Positions 45,534 to 58,494 of a stretch of 64,000 nucleotides of DNA are shown in pieces. The notes below the pieces were generated by a model, which was not told the origin of the DNA, ran no database searches, and was given only the letters and a program-made list of their open reading frames with translations. Each line of letters starts with the position of its first letter. The first letter of the stretch is position 1. The DNA comes from an uncultured virus (IMG/VR IMGVR_UViG_3300032677_000013). Its lineage: Duplodnaviria; Heunggongvirae; Uroviricota; Caudoviricetes. The position numbers and the translations under genes were made by a program. The DNA lies in IMG/VR virus record IMGVR_UViG_3300032677_000013; one strand, 5' to 3'.

Positions 45534-47335
45534 GCCTCATCCCAAACATTTTGCACTTTATATGGTTTACAGGCCCAAAATCCCGGGACTTTGCATTTAT
45601 CAACTATCTGGCAGTCAGAGCCGCGTATGATGTGCAAAAGCCAGACGTCATTTATATGCACACCAATGCAGAGCCTGTAGGCAACCCTCATTGGGACGCC
45701 ATTCGTCCTTACGTTACAATGGTGCAAACGGAACCGCCAGCCATTTCAGAATACCCGCAGTATCAGGCGGACATCGTGCGGTTAGATGTGCTTTATGATC
45801 AGGGGGGAATATACCTTGATACGGATATGCTGCTAATTAAGCCCCTATCCTTCCAGAGAACCACAATGGGGGTGGAAAGCTATAATGAAGATGGCTCGCC
45901 CAAGTCTTTAAACGCGGGATTGATTGTGGCAAAGCTGGGATGCCCGTTCATTGGCCGATGGAAGCGGGAAATGCTAGGGGTTATAGGCACTGGGGAATGG
46001 TCATCGCATTGCGTGACACTGGCAGCGGAAATCTATGAGCAAAACCCGACACTAATTGATTTAAGGCCTGCCGAGGAGTTTCTGCCATTCGATTTTAATG
46101 ATGAATGGATTTATGGGAATATATCGGGGGAAGAGCGGCTGCTCAATTCCTATTCGGTCCATATGTATGACACCTACTGGGAAGGTGTTGAGTGGAGCGA
46201 ATTGCGCAAGGTTAACAACAATTATCTGAAAAATGAGCGCAATCTATTTACACACTTATTTGGGAAATACTCGATGACCAAAAAGCTAAAAATATGCGTC
46301 TATGCTATCAGCAAAAACGAAGAGTTGTTTGTGGAGCGGTTTTGCACCGCTGCTAAAGACGCCGATATGATTGTTATTGCAGACACTGGAAGCACTGACA
46401 AAACAATTAAATTGGCAGATCAATGTGGGGCTATTGTTCACGAAATTTGCATCACTCCTTGGCGGTTTGATGATGCGCGCAATGCCGCAATAGCATTGCT
46501 TCCCCGCGATATTGACGTTTGTGTCAGCCTTGATCTTGACGAGGAATTGCAGTCGGGATGGCGAGAAGAAATTGAGCGCGTTTGGGTGGAGGGCACAACT
46601 CGTTTAAGGTATGGCTTCGACTGGGGAGCAGGCATCAAGTTCTCTTACGAGAAGATTCACGCCCGACATGGTTATAGATGGCTTCACCCCTGCCATGAAT
46701 ATCCCGTCCCCTATGGCATAAATGAACAATACGCCCATACCGATATGCTTTTGGTAATCCACAAGCCCGACCCCACCAAAAGCCGTGGGCAATATTTGCC
46801 CCTTTTGGAAATGTCGATCAGGGAAGATCCGCATGATCCCCGCAATGCTTTTTATTATGCCCGTGAATTGTCGTTCCATAGCCATTGGCAACAGGCCATT
46901 GATGAATGCAACCGCTATCTAAACCTGCCCGGTGCCAATTGGGCTAATGAGCGCTGCTATGCCTATCGAGTAATGTCTCGATGCTATGCGGAATTGGGAG
47001 ATTGGGAAGGCGCTATGAGGGCCGCGCGCATGGGTGTTATTGAGGCACCATATACCCGAGAGCCTTGGTGCGAAATTGCAAAACTAACTTATCAAAGGCA
47101 CCAGTGGGCGGAATGCTATGGGGCCGCTATGTCAGCCATTGCCATTGAACAGCGCGAATGGGTTTATACGGTGGACCCTGAAGTTTGGGGCTCGATGCCC
47201 CATGATTATGCCAGCATCGCAGCTTGGAACCTTGGCATGAAAGAAGATGCGATAAGGCAAGCCAAATTGGCCCTAGAGCATAATCCTAACGATAGCCGGA
47301 TTCTTTCTAATCTGGCTCATTACCAAGCGGGATAA
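45530..47335 (+). CDS. fused glycosyltransferase GT32 + GT2 + TPR
   Basis: IPNILHFIW, AD.VR..L...GGIYLDTD; then ICVYAISKNE, DTGSTD, FDDARN, SLDLDE; FYYAREL TPR region. Confidence 0.9.
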   Translation: MSLIPNILHFIWFTGPKSRDFAFINYLAVRAAYDVQKPDVIYMHTNAEPVGNPHWDAIRPYVTMVQTEPPAISEYPQYQADIVRLDVLYDQGGIYLDTDMLLIKPLSFQRTTMGVESYNEDGSPKSLNAGLIVAKLGCPFIGRWKREMLGVIGTGEWSSHCVTLAAEIYEQNPTLIDLRPAEEFLPFDFNDEWIYGNISGEERLLNSYSVHMYDTYWEGVEWSELRKVNNNYLKNERNLFTHLFGKYSMTKKLKICVYAISKNEELFVERFCTAAKDADMIVIADTGSTDKTIKLADQCGAIVHEICITPWRFDDARNAAIALLPRDIDVCVSLDLDEELQSGWREEIERVWVEGTTRLRYGFDWGAGIKFSYEKIHARHGYRWLHPCHEYPVPYGINEQYAHTDMLLVIHKPDPTKSRGQYLPLLEMSIREDPHDPRNAFYYARELSFHSHWQQAIDECNRYLNLPGANWANERCYAYRVMSRCYAELGDWEGAMRAARMGVIEAPYTREPWCEIAKLTYQRHQWAECYGAAMSAIAIEQREWVYTVDPEVWGSMPHDYASIAAWNLGMKEDAIRQAKLALEHNPNDSRILSNLAHYQAG

Positions 47336-47346
47336 TGGCTTTATTG

Positions 47347-47676
47347 TTAAGTCGCCCAAGGCAATGCGGGTGTAACCACCGAAGGGGCCGTCAGTGCGGC
47401 AAGCTGGCCATCCACATTCCCCTCATATTGCGCCACACCATCTGTCCCGAGGGCTTCCTGCACCCACCCAATTATTTGGTCTTGAGTGAGTTGTGCGTAA
47501 GGGGTGTAGGGCTCTGCGGGGTTGAGGGTGATCTCAGTCACACCATTAACTCCGCAAGTGTCGGTTCCGTCAGTTCCGTAGAGCGTCCAGTAAACCGCAA
47601 ACACAACGTCGGTGTAGCTGTCCTGCGTGGGGTAGCAGTCCATCCGAGTGATCGTCCAAGTGTAGGTGTTTGCCAT
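47347..47676 (-). CDS. fibre-associated small protein (DUF7936-like)
   Basis: YTWTI..MD..P, PY..LT...I.WV, LPW end. Confidence 0.7.
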   Translation of the reverse strand: MANTYTWTITRMDCYPTQDSYTDVVFAVYWTLYGTDGTDTCGVNGVTEITLNPAEPYTPYAQLTQDQIIGWVQEALGTDGVAQYEGNVDGQLAALTAPSVVTPALPWAT

Positions 47677-47683
47677 AATGGGA

Positions 47684-48145
47684 TTACTGAACCAACAGGA
47701 TGTAACCAGTCCCCGTCACCTCAATGTCGGTGTCTCTGGCCTTGAAGAACCGGAACTGGTCTGCGGTTTTGCCATCAGCCTGCACCGATCCTTCAACCAC
47801 AAGAAATGCCCAGCCAGCGGGAAGAGTGAAAGACCCATTGACCGATTGCCCCTGCACCTCGCGGTGAGTGTCGTCGCTTTGGCTTACGCACATCCAAGAT
47901 GTGTCCCCATTAGCCTGCACCTTGTTGGGGGCGTTGGCAGTGTAGGGCTCAAACGATCCTATCGGGGTGTAAACCTTCCCTGCGTCACTGCCCGCAGATT
48001 CAATCACACTCAGCTTTCCGCTGTAGCAATATATCCCGTAGCATTTGGCGTTTATGTCTGCGACGGCGGAGTGAAGAACTTCCCCATCAACCAGCGTGAC
48101 ATGGGCGGCTACGATAAGGCTGTAGGGGTAGGCATCAACGATCAT
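47684..48145 (-). CDS. hypothetical protein, possibly cupin-like
   Basis: beta-rich ORF in fibre cassette. Confidence 0.55.
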   Translation of the reverse strand: MIVDAYPYSLIVAAHVTLVDGEVLHSAVADINAKCYGIYCYSGKLSVIESAGSDAGKVYTPIGSFEPYTANAPNKVQANGDTSWMCVSQSDDTHREVQGQSVNGSFTLPAGWAFLVVEGSVQADGKTADQFRFFKARDTDIEVTGTGYILLVQ

Positions 48146-48247
48146 TATAGTTCCTCCAGCGCATAGACTGTCAACAGGATGCGGTATCCGTTCTCGTCAA
48201 TATGGTCATCAACGACTTGTCCTGTTGCGTTGTCCATTTCAATCTCC

Positions 48248-48871
48248 TCAGAACATCAAAAGCATTGAGCCGGTTGTCGCGGAGGTTTGCGTAAAGGAAA
48301 TAGCCAAAGCTCCCCAACTGTTACTACTAGACAAGGTAGAGGTTCTTGCTGTGGAGGTTCCCGATGCGGCCTGCGCTTCGTCAACCACGATGAAACCGGG
48401 GGCAGTTGTAAGGGAAGCCTGAGAAGCACGCAGGGTTGTACCCGATGGAGTGCTCTGGGTGAATCCACCTTTTGAGGTGACAGACCCAAACATTGAAACA
48501 ACAAGGTCATAAGTTGCCGTGGTGGTTAACGTATTGGTAGTTGCACTGGTAGACGAACCAGTATTCAATGTTGATACTGAATCGAAACCACTTAGGCTTC
48601 GGTAACAAAGCATAACACCTGAAGACAAACCCGTAACAGTTACGGTTACAGTGCTTTCACTTGAGGTAGCCGTCTTGTAGTAGAATTTTGCATAGTTACC
48701 GTTACTACTAGCCGCAGTCCAACCAGTCGGGGTTGTAGCTGAAGCAGTAAGAGTATTGAGGCATATGATAAGAATGTCGCCAGCCGCGTAACCGGATGGA
48801 ACAGCGCAGGCCACGGAGGAACTCCCCGTTCCTACGGCACCGGCACCGATGAAAGACCAATTCTGCGCCAT
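48248..48871 (-). CDS. S/T-rich fibre-associated protein
   Basis: PSG..AGDIL, TPTGWT, FYKTA..SE. Confidence 0.65.
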   Translation of the reverse strand: MAQNWSFIGAGAVGTGSSSVACAVPSGYAAGDILIICLNTLTASATTPTGWTAASSNGNYAKFYYKTATSSESTVTVTVTGLSSGVMLCYRSLSGFDSVSTLNTGSSTSATTNTLTTTATYDLVVSMFGSVTSKGGFTQSTPSGTTLRASQASLTTAPGFIVVDEAQAASGTSTARTSTLSSSNSWGALAISFTQTSATTGSMLLMF

Positions 48872-48874
48872 ATC

Positions 48875-52263
<3,389 letters not shown>

Positions 52264-52300
52264 TTTTATTCCCTACAATCTAACAATTCACACAATGTCT

Positions 52301-52615
52301 TTAATTGGTGCAGCCTTTTATGATAGCCGCCTGTTTGTTTTCATAATCTAAATGATCTAACAATGATGCCGCAAGAATGGAAACATCATGCACAGCGTTG
52401 CCGTTCAAATCGTTTCCCACGCTACGCGGCAAAGGCGGCACATCGGACTGATTAATGCAGGTGGCAGTCACCACTTTGTTTACAGTCACAATCGAGGGAA
52501 CGTCAGGCTTGTCAGCATGGGGCACCGTCGCGCAGCCGGTTAGTGCCGTGAGGATTCCAAACGCCAGCATAGTCACAACGCAAGTCAGGATATATCGGAT
52601 GGCTTCGCGGCTCAT
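52301..52615 (-). CDS. o-spanin-like lipoprotein (Rz1)
   Basis: lipobox LTGC, Pro-rich, follows Rz. Confidence 0.75.
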   Translation of the reverse strand: MSREAIRYILTCVVTMLAFGILTALTGCATVPHADKPDVPSIVTVNKVVTATCINQSDVPPLPRSVGNDLNGNAVHDVSILAASLLDHLDYENKQAAIIKGCTN

Positions 52616-53055
52616 AGTTCGCCTTTCACTTTCATCACACCATCAGGTGTGCGGCAGTTATAAGCCCCGTGGAGCGCGTTGGCGTCGATCTGGCGGGATT
52701 GTGCCTCTAGGGCCGCTCCACGCGCTGTAGCAGCCCCTAGCGCCGATTTAGCCGCCTTTGCGCGGTTATCGCTCGTTTGGGCAAGCGTTGTGATGCTGGC
52801 GTTCTGGCTTTCAATCTGCGCGACAAGATTGTGCGCCGTCTGCTGCTCGGTGCGAAAGGCCCCTTGCTCGGTGGCAAAGGCTTTTTGCCAGACGGGCAGT
52901 TCCTCCTTGGCTCGGTCCTTTTCATGCCATTGCCATCCAGCAATAATAGCAAGAGCCACACAAGCGCAGGGCCACGGGTAGCGCGCCAGCACTCCAAAGA
53001 GCGAGGACACGCCACCCTTAACCCAGCCCCATGCAGAAAGGACCAGAGCCAGCAT
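52612..53055 (-). CDS. i-spanin (Rz-like)
   Basis: N-terminal TM, coiled coil, QN..I motif, C-terminal Cys. Confidence 0.75.
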   Translation of the reverse strand: MLALVLSAWGWVKGGVSSLFGVLARYPWPCACVALAIIAGWQWHEKDRAKEELPVWQKAFATEQGAFRTEQQTAHNLVAQIESQNASITTLAQTSDNRAKAAKSALGAATARGAALEAQSRQIDANALHGAYNCRTPDGVMKVKGEL

Positions 53056-53231
53056 TAGATCAGAGCCTTGGCAATCGCGCCCACCACAACGGCCACGCCA
53101 ATGGCTGCGAATACATGGGCCGAAAGGAAAGCCCGCACCTTGTCAAAGATGCTAACAGCATCCGCCTCAACCTTGGCAACATCGGCCTTGGCGGCGGTTT
53201 TAATAGCGGTGATTTCAGTCTTGATTGTCAT
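53055..53231 (-). CDS. small membrane protein (not in ORF track)
   Basis: RBS AAGGAG; MTIKTEITAIKTAA..., C-terminal TM. Confidence 0.65.
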   Translation of the reverse strand: MTIKTEITAIKTAAKADVAKVEADAVSIFDKVRAFLSAHVFAAIGVAVVVGAIAKALI

Positions 53232-53246
53232 GATATTACTCCTTGG

Positions 53247-53723
53247 TTAAGCGTTGTCATCGCCGTCAGAGCCACCCGTCGGCTTACTGCCGATTGACTT
53301 CAGTTCCACGACGCCATTGCGAGCGACGACTTGCGAAATCCAATTTGGGAATGGCACAAGGTGAATACCCGTTCCTCGCCCACGGTGGCATTCGACGCAT
53401 AAAATAACGAGATTCCGAATGTCATCAGGGCTAGTGATAGGCTTATCGCCAAGCTGTCCCGCAAAGCCGTAAATGTCGAAGTGGTGAGATAATTGCGTCA
53501 CCTTCGCCCAGTCGGTATTTTCAGCCTCACTCCATTCCACTAGAAAATGATGGGCTTCCAAATGCTCAGTCGCGCCGCAAGAAAGGCATGGCGTTTTCAG
53601 CTTTCCAATCAATTGGCGGCGATTTGCCTCAAACTCGGAACTGGCCTTGCGCTGAATATGCTCGGGATATTCCACATCAATCGTGAATGTCTCGCGCTGC
53701 TCATGGGCGGCTGTTTTATCCAT
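53247..53723 (-). CDS. HNH-like Zn protein
   Basis: CLSCG..LEAHH..RNL..LC..CHR..GIH. Confidence 0.7.
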   Translation of the reverse strand: MDKTAAHEQRETFTIDVEYPEHIQRKASSEFEANRRQLIGKLKTPCLSCGATEHLEAHHFLVEWSEAENTDWAKVTQLSHHFDIYGFAGQLGDKPITSPDDIRNLVILCVECHRGRGTGIHLVPFPNWISQVVARNGVVELKSIGSKPTGGSDGDDNA

Positions 53724-53946
53724 TGCCCTTGGCCTCCGGTGTTAGTTTTGCTCCAACGCCTCCGCCCATCAAAATACCAGCCCAAGCCATAGCAAAAGCT
53801 TGGTATATCTCTGGCGTTAACGTGCTATGCCATATTTGTGACGCAAAGCCCGCTGCCACCATAAGCAAACCCATGCCCACACCTACTCTCTGAAGAGAAT
53901 ATGTCTCATTGTCGCTTTCAGTGAGAATATCAAAAAAGAACTTCAT
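53716..53946 (-). CDS. holin candidate (2 TM)
   Basis: DILTE.DN.T...R, two TM helices. Confidence 0.6.
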   Translation of the reverse strand: MKFFFDILTESDNETYSLQRVGVGMGLLMVAAGFASQIWHSTLTPEIYQAFAMAWAGILMGGGVGAKLTPEAKGNG

Positions 53947-54920
53947 GCCATTATGTCCCCGCGAAACCACGCCTTGCCATCTATTACTTGGCAAAGTTCA
54001 GGGTGTAGCAATCTATTATCACGAAAAGTTAATACCACAAAACCCGAACAAGCTTGCGATGGTCTATTTCCCTGATATTCAAATTGAGGGCCGTCTAAAT
54101 CAGCAATTGTGCCAGATTGAACGCCATATCTGCGCCCGCGAAGATCATGAAAAGGCTTGCATTCCAAAGCGTGTGTGTGTCCCGTTACGGTTGTAACGCC
54201 GCTTTTCATGGCATTGTTATAACCTGCGTGGACCCCATTAGCGTAGTTGTGAAACAGCATTACCGGATCAAGGCTGTTTTTATTAATCCAAAAGGAATGC
54301 CTTATATCCCAACCGGGGAAATGATCGGCCAGCCTCATGCCATGCAGGCCCGCCATTTCAGGAGCCTTTGTCACGATATTGCGCTCAAAACGCGCGTCGT
54401 GATTGCCAATCGCCCAAATCCTCTCGCAACCCTTGGGGAGCGCCTGCTCTATTTCTCCAACCCGCTCTTGACAGGCGTGTAGTTCATCAACCGGCGATGG
54501 CCTCTCACTCCAGCCAAAGGGAGGATGGCGGGAGATTGAGCCACCATCAAACACATCGCCATTCAGCACCTTCAATCGCGGCTTGACGATCTTGATGACT
54601 TTGAGAAGGGCTTTGTGAGCGAGGGGGATCACTCCCGGCCAATAATGATGGTCCGATGAAATAATGATTGATCCTGAGAATATCTCTATTTCTCGGTTTA
54701 GGGGAAACGTCCAGCCGGTGTCGCGGTATTGCGGTGGAACGCGCCGGTCATCACCATCCGCCGACCTACTGGGGATATGGTGCCCGCGCTCCATAAGACG
54801 CAATCTTCGCCTTTGCAGGCCGCGCAAATCAACATTATATTCCTTTGCGACAAGGGCAATAGACCCAAGGCGATGCATTTCCGCTATTAACTGAGCGTCC
54901 GTCATTTTGGGAGTCGTCAT
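53943..54920 (-). CDS. calcineurin-like metallophosphoesterase
   Basis: SDHH, NGD.FD, GNHD, GHTH. Confidence 0.88.
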   Translation of the reverse strand: MTTPKMTDAQLIAEMHRLGSIALVAKEYNVDLRGLQRRRLRLMERGHHIPSRSADGDDRRVPPQYRDTGWTFPLNREIEIFSGSIIISSDHHYWPGVIPLAHKALLKVIKIVKPRLKVLNGDVFDGGSISRHPPFGWSERPSPVDELHACQERVGEIEQALPKGCERIWAIGNHDARFERNIVTKAPEMAGLHGMRLADHFPGWDIRHSFWINKNSLDPVMLFHNYANGVHAGYNNAMKSGVTTVTGHTHALECKPFHDLRGRRYGVQSGTIADLDGPQFEYQGNRPSQACSGFVVLTFRDNRLLHPELCQVIDGKAWFRGDIMA

Positions 54921-55468
54921 GCACCCCCCATAATCTGTTGGAGGGCAGGCATAATATCCATCATTTTCCCGCCTACCGGAAGATAGTGAGGGCCCTGAGC
55001 CGTAAATACACGAATGCGCATATTGGCAGGCCATGAATCATTAAAAAAGAGCGCCATTTCTCTTTTGCAGCGCGCAGATTCATTCCCGTGATTTGTCCAG
55101 AAAGCCCAATCAGCTTTGGCGCTAGTTGGCTTCCCGTCCAGAAAATCCTTGACCCATTGAGCGGTGCGAAAATTACCCTGTCCATTTCGCCACAAAAAAG
55201 ACAAAGATGCCGCTAGTTGGTTTTCCTCTAAATTAGGAAGGGCCTTAGCAATAACCGGGAGATATTGCGCCTCTATCATTTCAATCGCCGCCTTGAGGCA
55301 TATGTCAATTGATTGGGGCTTGTCTTTATATTGCCTGACTTTATGGCCGCCGCTCTCGGCAATGCCAATACTCCAAGTCCATATACCAGCGGAATCCAAA
55401 TATGCGGACAAACCGACCGCTTCCTCGCTGGCAATGTAGGCAACGCATTTCGGTGTCAATTTTAGCAT
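54917..55468 (-). CDS. endolysin, GH24 lysozyme
   Basis: E-x8-D-x5-T (EAVGLSAYLDSAGIWT), R..E..LF. Confidence 0.85.
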   Translation of the reverse strand: MLKLTPKCVAYIASEEAVGLSAYLDSAGIWTWSIGIAESGGHKVRQYKDKPQSIDICLKAAIEMIEAQYLPVIAKALPNLEENQLAASLSFLWRNGQGNFRTAQWVKDFLDGKPTSAKADWAFWTNHGNESARCKREMALFFNDSWPANMRIRVFTAQGPHYLPVGGKMMDIMPALQQIMGGA

Positions 55469-55485
55469 CGAAGCGCTCCTTGCAA

Positions 55486-55833
55486 TTAATGTTGCGCTGT
55501 AAAGAATGCCTTTATCGCGCCGCTTAAAACAGAAAAAACAGAAACACAAAGGGCCATAAGCGAAACGACAACAGACCATCCGTGCTTTTTTATTTCTTCC
55601 TTTGCCTCATGCTTCCCGCCCTCAACCTTCAGTTCCGTAATGTCTGAATGAATGCCGGTAATTAAATCCTTAATTTCCTTGAATCCGTCAGCCATGGCCT
55701 TGTCAATTCTATCCATACGGTCATTCAAGTTGGCCTCCATACGCACGCCGGTGGTTTGCGCAGCCTCAGCCATCGCTTGGGCTTTTCCTATCTCTATGCC
55801 CAAGTCGGCGTGTGAAGGTTGAAGGGGAGACAT
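55486..55833 (-). CDS. coiled-coil plus C-terminal TM lysis-cassette protein
   Basis: architecture like 8621-8863. Confidence 0.6.
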   Translation of the reverse strand: MSPLQPSHADLGIEIGKAQAMAEAAQTTGVRMEANLNDRMDRIDKAMADGFKEIKDLITGIHSDITELKVEGGKHEAKEEIKKHGWSVVVSLMALCVSVFSVLSGAIKAFFTAQH

Positions 55834-55841
55834 TCTAGTGA

Positions 55842-56159
55842 TCAGTAGTAATAGGAAACGAGTAAGGTCGATCCGCCCGAGGCGGTGGAAATGAATTTAA
55901 TGGCAGACAAATCACCATTGAAACCCTCTGGCTCAGTACCCGCATTCAATACCATGCCACCACCAACGCTGGCCGTAGGATTAACGCCATCATCGCGCCA
56001 ATTAACGCTATTAGTCAGAGCCTGTATAAGCGCATATTTGGGAGTGCCATTAGTCCCGGTGGGGAGTGTCAGGCCAGTGGCCGCAGAGTTGGTGAGGCTG
56101 ATGGCCTGAAAAGAGGAGGGATAGGGCTGATACTGACCGGGAAAAAGGGGAGTGGACAT
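55842..56159 (-). CDS. small structural beta protein
   Basis: WRDDG..PTASVG motif. Confidence 0.65.
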   Translation of the reverse strand: MSTPLFPGQYQPYPSSFQAISLTNSAATGLTLPTGTNGTPKYALIQALTNSVNWRDDGVNPTASVGGGMVLNAGTEPEGFNGDLSAIKFISTASGGSTLLVSYYY

Positions 56160-56183
56160 GATATATTCCTAATCACAAGGGGT

Positions 56184-56570
56184 TTAGTTAGAAGGCGAAA
56201 CCGGCCATTTAATCTTTTGCGGAAAGCCCTTTTGGGCGGTAAGATCGCGCAGAGCCTGACGATACGTTATCCAATCAGATGTAGGGAGTTGCGCAATTTC
56301 GACTGCCTTAACCACAATAAAATCACTGCTAGCCAGCAATGCGTTTCTTTGTGATCGAATGGCGAGCGCCAGTTGATCGGAAAGATTGGGCGGATCTGAA
56401 AGCGCGGGATTGCCATTTTCATCAATGGTGATAATTTGACAGGCTGATTGACCCGCCAAAAGTTGATTGCGCTGATCTTCGGTAATCACAACGCAATCGG
56501 CTGGGCGCGCATCCCCATGCAGGGTGTCTAGGTAAAACCCGCTAGTAGATGGTGAATAATACCAAGTCAT
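56184..56570 (-). CDS. tail fibre assembly chaperone
   Basis: YYSPST.GFY, R.QRN.LL..SD, W..YRQALRDL..Q.GFP..I.WP. Confidence 0.9.
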   Translation of the reverse strand: MTWYYSPSTSGFYLDTLHGDARPADCVVITEDQRNQLLAGQSACQIITIDENGNPALSDPPNLSDQLALAIRSQRNALLASSDFIVVKAVEIAQLPTSDWITYRQALRDLTAQKGFPQKIKWPVSPSN

Positions 56571-56601
56571 ATAAAACCGCCTATTTCTGCGTCAAATTGC
56601 T

Positions 56602-57825
56602 TTAAATTACACCCACGGCAATCCAGCTTGCGGTGCGAGGGCCGGATCCGTCATCGCAGGTCAATCCATATTGCGTATTAGTCAAAGTAGGAGCCGCAAC
56701 GCTATTGCCGCTGGTGGCCCCGGCCTTTGATTGGCTCCACGAAACCACAATCCTATAGGCCGTGGTAAAGGCAACCGGGAAGCTGAAAAGCTGCGGGGTG
56801 GTGCTAGACCCAGCCGCAACCGTCGCCGTTCCCCACTGGTAGGTAAAGCCGCTAGAGGCCGTGTAATATCCCGAGGCGCTTAGTGAATTAGTGCCAAAAC
56901 CCAAGGCGGTATAAAGGGCGGATAGCGTCACATCATTGGCATTGTTTGTCGTTCCCGTCAGGTTTGCCTTGACGGTACCGGCAGACATTTGCGCCAAATC
57001 TGAATTAGCCACCGTGTTGTTGACAATGGCCGCGCTTGTCACTGAATTGGCGGCAAGGCCATTGCTGGTGACAGCGCCAGTGGCAATTGCGGAACTTGTG
57101 ACCGCGCCCGAGGCAATGGCCGAAGATGTCACAGCGCCAGCCGCAATGGCTCCGCTTGTAACCGCACCAGAGGCGATGGTGGTGGAAGTAACCGACCCGC
57201 TACTTAGCTTGGCGGGAAAACTTAGCAGTTCAAAACTAGTGCCATCCCATGCCACCTCATAAATCTGAGAGGCAGCAAGCTGGCCCGATTGCAAAGCGCT
57301 GCCATTTAATAGAACGTTTTTGTCACCTATGCCGTTTACATTCAGAGTATAAGCGCCCGTGTTGGCTGCGTTTATTTTTTCAACGCGGATAGGCGAATAA
57401 AGTATCTGCGAAAGCGCGCTGATTGAGGGCGAGAGAGTTATTGCCCCGTTGTTGGCCGATCCCGTATCAACTGCCGAATTGCCAAACTGAGATTGAATAT
57501 TATTGGCACCGGCAAGCTGATTCAAAAAGCCAGCAGTCAGAAAATTGGAAACAACAGACCCAACAGGCCAAGTTGCGTCAGTCGTTCCCTCCTGCCCTCG
57601 GATAACGGTCATTGTATCGCCTGTGCGAGCCGTAACCAACACGATTTCATTCGGGGTGCCAGTGGGGCTGCCAGCGGCAAAGATAGTCGCGGTAAACGTT
57701 TGCCCAACAGAAAGTGAGGGGAAATTAACACCCGTGCCCGTTGCCACTGTCATAGTGGTGGAGCCGCTATTGAGCGTGGAACCCAGCGTGGTGTTGGCGT
57801 TGTTAGTAAATTGATAAGCGCTCAT
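56602..57825 (-). CDS. tail fibre protein
   Basis: FTNNA.TTL, RGQEGT, GAVTS repeats, QWG..FP.AF C-terminus. Confidence 0.85.
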   Translation of the reverse strand: MSAYQFTNNANTTLGSTLNSGSTTMTVATGTGVNFPSLSVGQTFTATIFAAGSPTGTPNEIVLVTARTGDTMTVIRGQEGTTDATWPVGSVVSNFLTAGFLNQLAGANNIQSQFGNSAVDTGSANNGAITLSPSISALSQILYSPIRVEKINAANTGAYTLNVNGIGDKNVLLNGSALQSGQLAASQIYEVAWDGTSFELLSFPAKLSSGSVTSTTIASGAVTSGAIAAGAVTSSAIASGAVTSSAIATGAVTSNGLAANSVTSAAIVNNTVANSDLAQMSAGTVKANLTGTTNNANDVTLSALYTALGFGTNSLSASGYYTASSGFTYQWGTATVAAGSSTTPQLFSFPVAFTTAYRIVVSWSQSKAGATSGNSVAAPTLTNTQYGLTCDDGSGPRTASWIAVGVI

Positions 57826-58493
57826 ACGAGTTCCACCGTCCATTGAATTTGAATGGGCAATTCCACAACTCCGGTTTTAACAGCCGATTGGAATATTTGA
57901 GATTCAGTTGTAGTCGCCAGTTCTATAGTCCAAGTCTTAAACCCAGTAGGATAAACAGAGATATTGTATTGGGTGTCGTTTGTAACGTCAGTGCCCTGAA
58001 CGCCATTTAAAAAGCGATTGATACGCCTTTTCAGCCATGTCGGAGTGAATGTTTTTCCGTCGCCCTTGTAGAATGCCCAAGTGATAATTCGGCAAAATGT
58101 GTCGTCTGTAGTTGCCGTGTAGGTTCCGGCAATGCCCTTGATATATCCATTAAGGGGCAGGGCGTTTACATTGAAAGTGTTAACATCACCAATATTAGGC
58201 GTGCCCGTGCTGGTAGGAAGGCCCGGCCTGCTTATGCCATAAAGACCCTCAGCCACCCAATCCAGCAAGGGAGTAATCGCGTTGCCGGGCTGCGAAACGG
58301 GCGCTTGGGTGTAAATGGGCAGATTAAGCGCATTAAACCAGTTAATATAGGCTTGGGTGTATTGGTTATATGCCGTGAAAAAAGCCTGCACATTATCATC
58401 ATTCTGATACTGCACATAGAGATAAGCCGGTATCGTGTTCTGAATACTCGTAGGGCCCGTGGTCGGCCAGCTCGTATCTACACCCGCTACCAT
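57822..58493 (-). CDS. baseplate wedge/wall protein
   Basis: YLY.QY, LLDWVA.G.YG..RP, WLKRRI.RFL. Confidence 0.75.
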   Translation of the reverse strand: MVAGVDTSWPTTGPTSIQNTIPAYLYVQYQNDDNVQAFFTAYNQYTQAYINWFNALNLPIYTQAPVSQPGNAITPLLDWVAEGLYGISRPGLPTSTGTPNIGDVNTFNVNALPLNGYIKGIAGTYTATTDDTFCRIITWAFYKGDGKTFTPTWLKRRINRFLNGVQGTDVTNDTQYNISVYPTGFKTWTIELATTTESQIFQSAVKTGVVELPIQIQWTVELV

Positions 58494-58494
58494 A

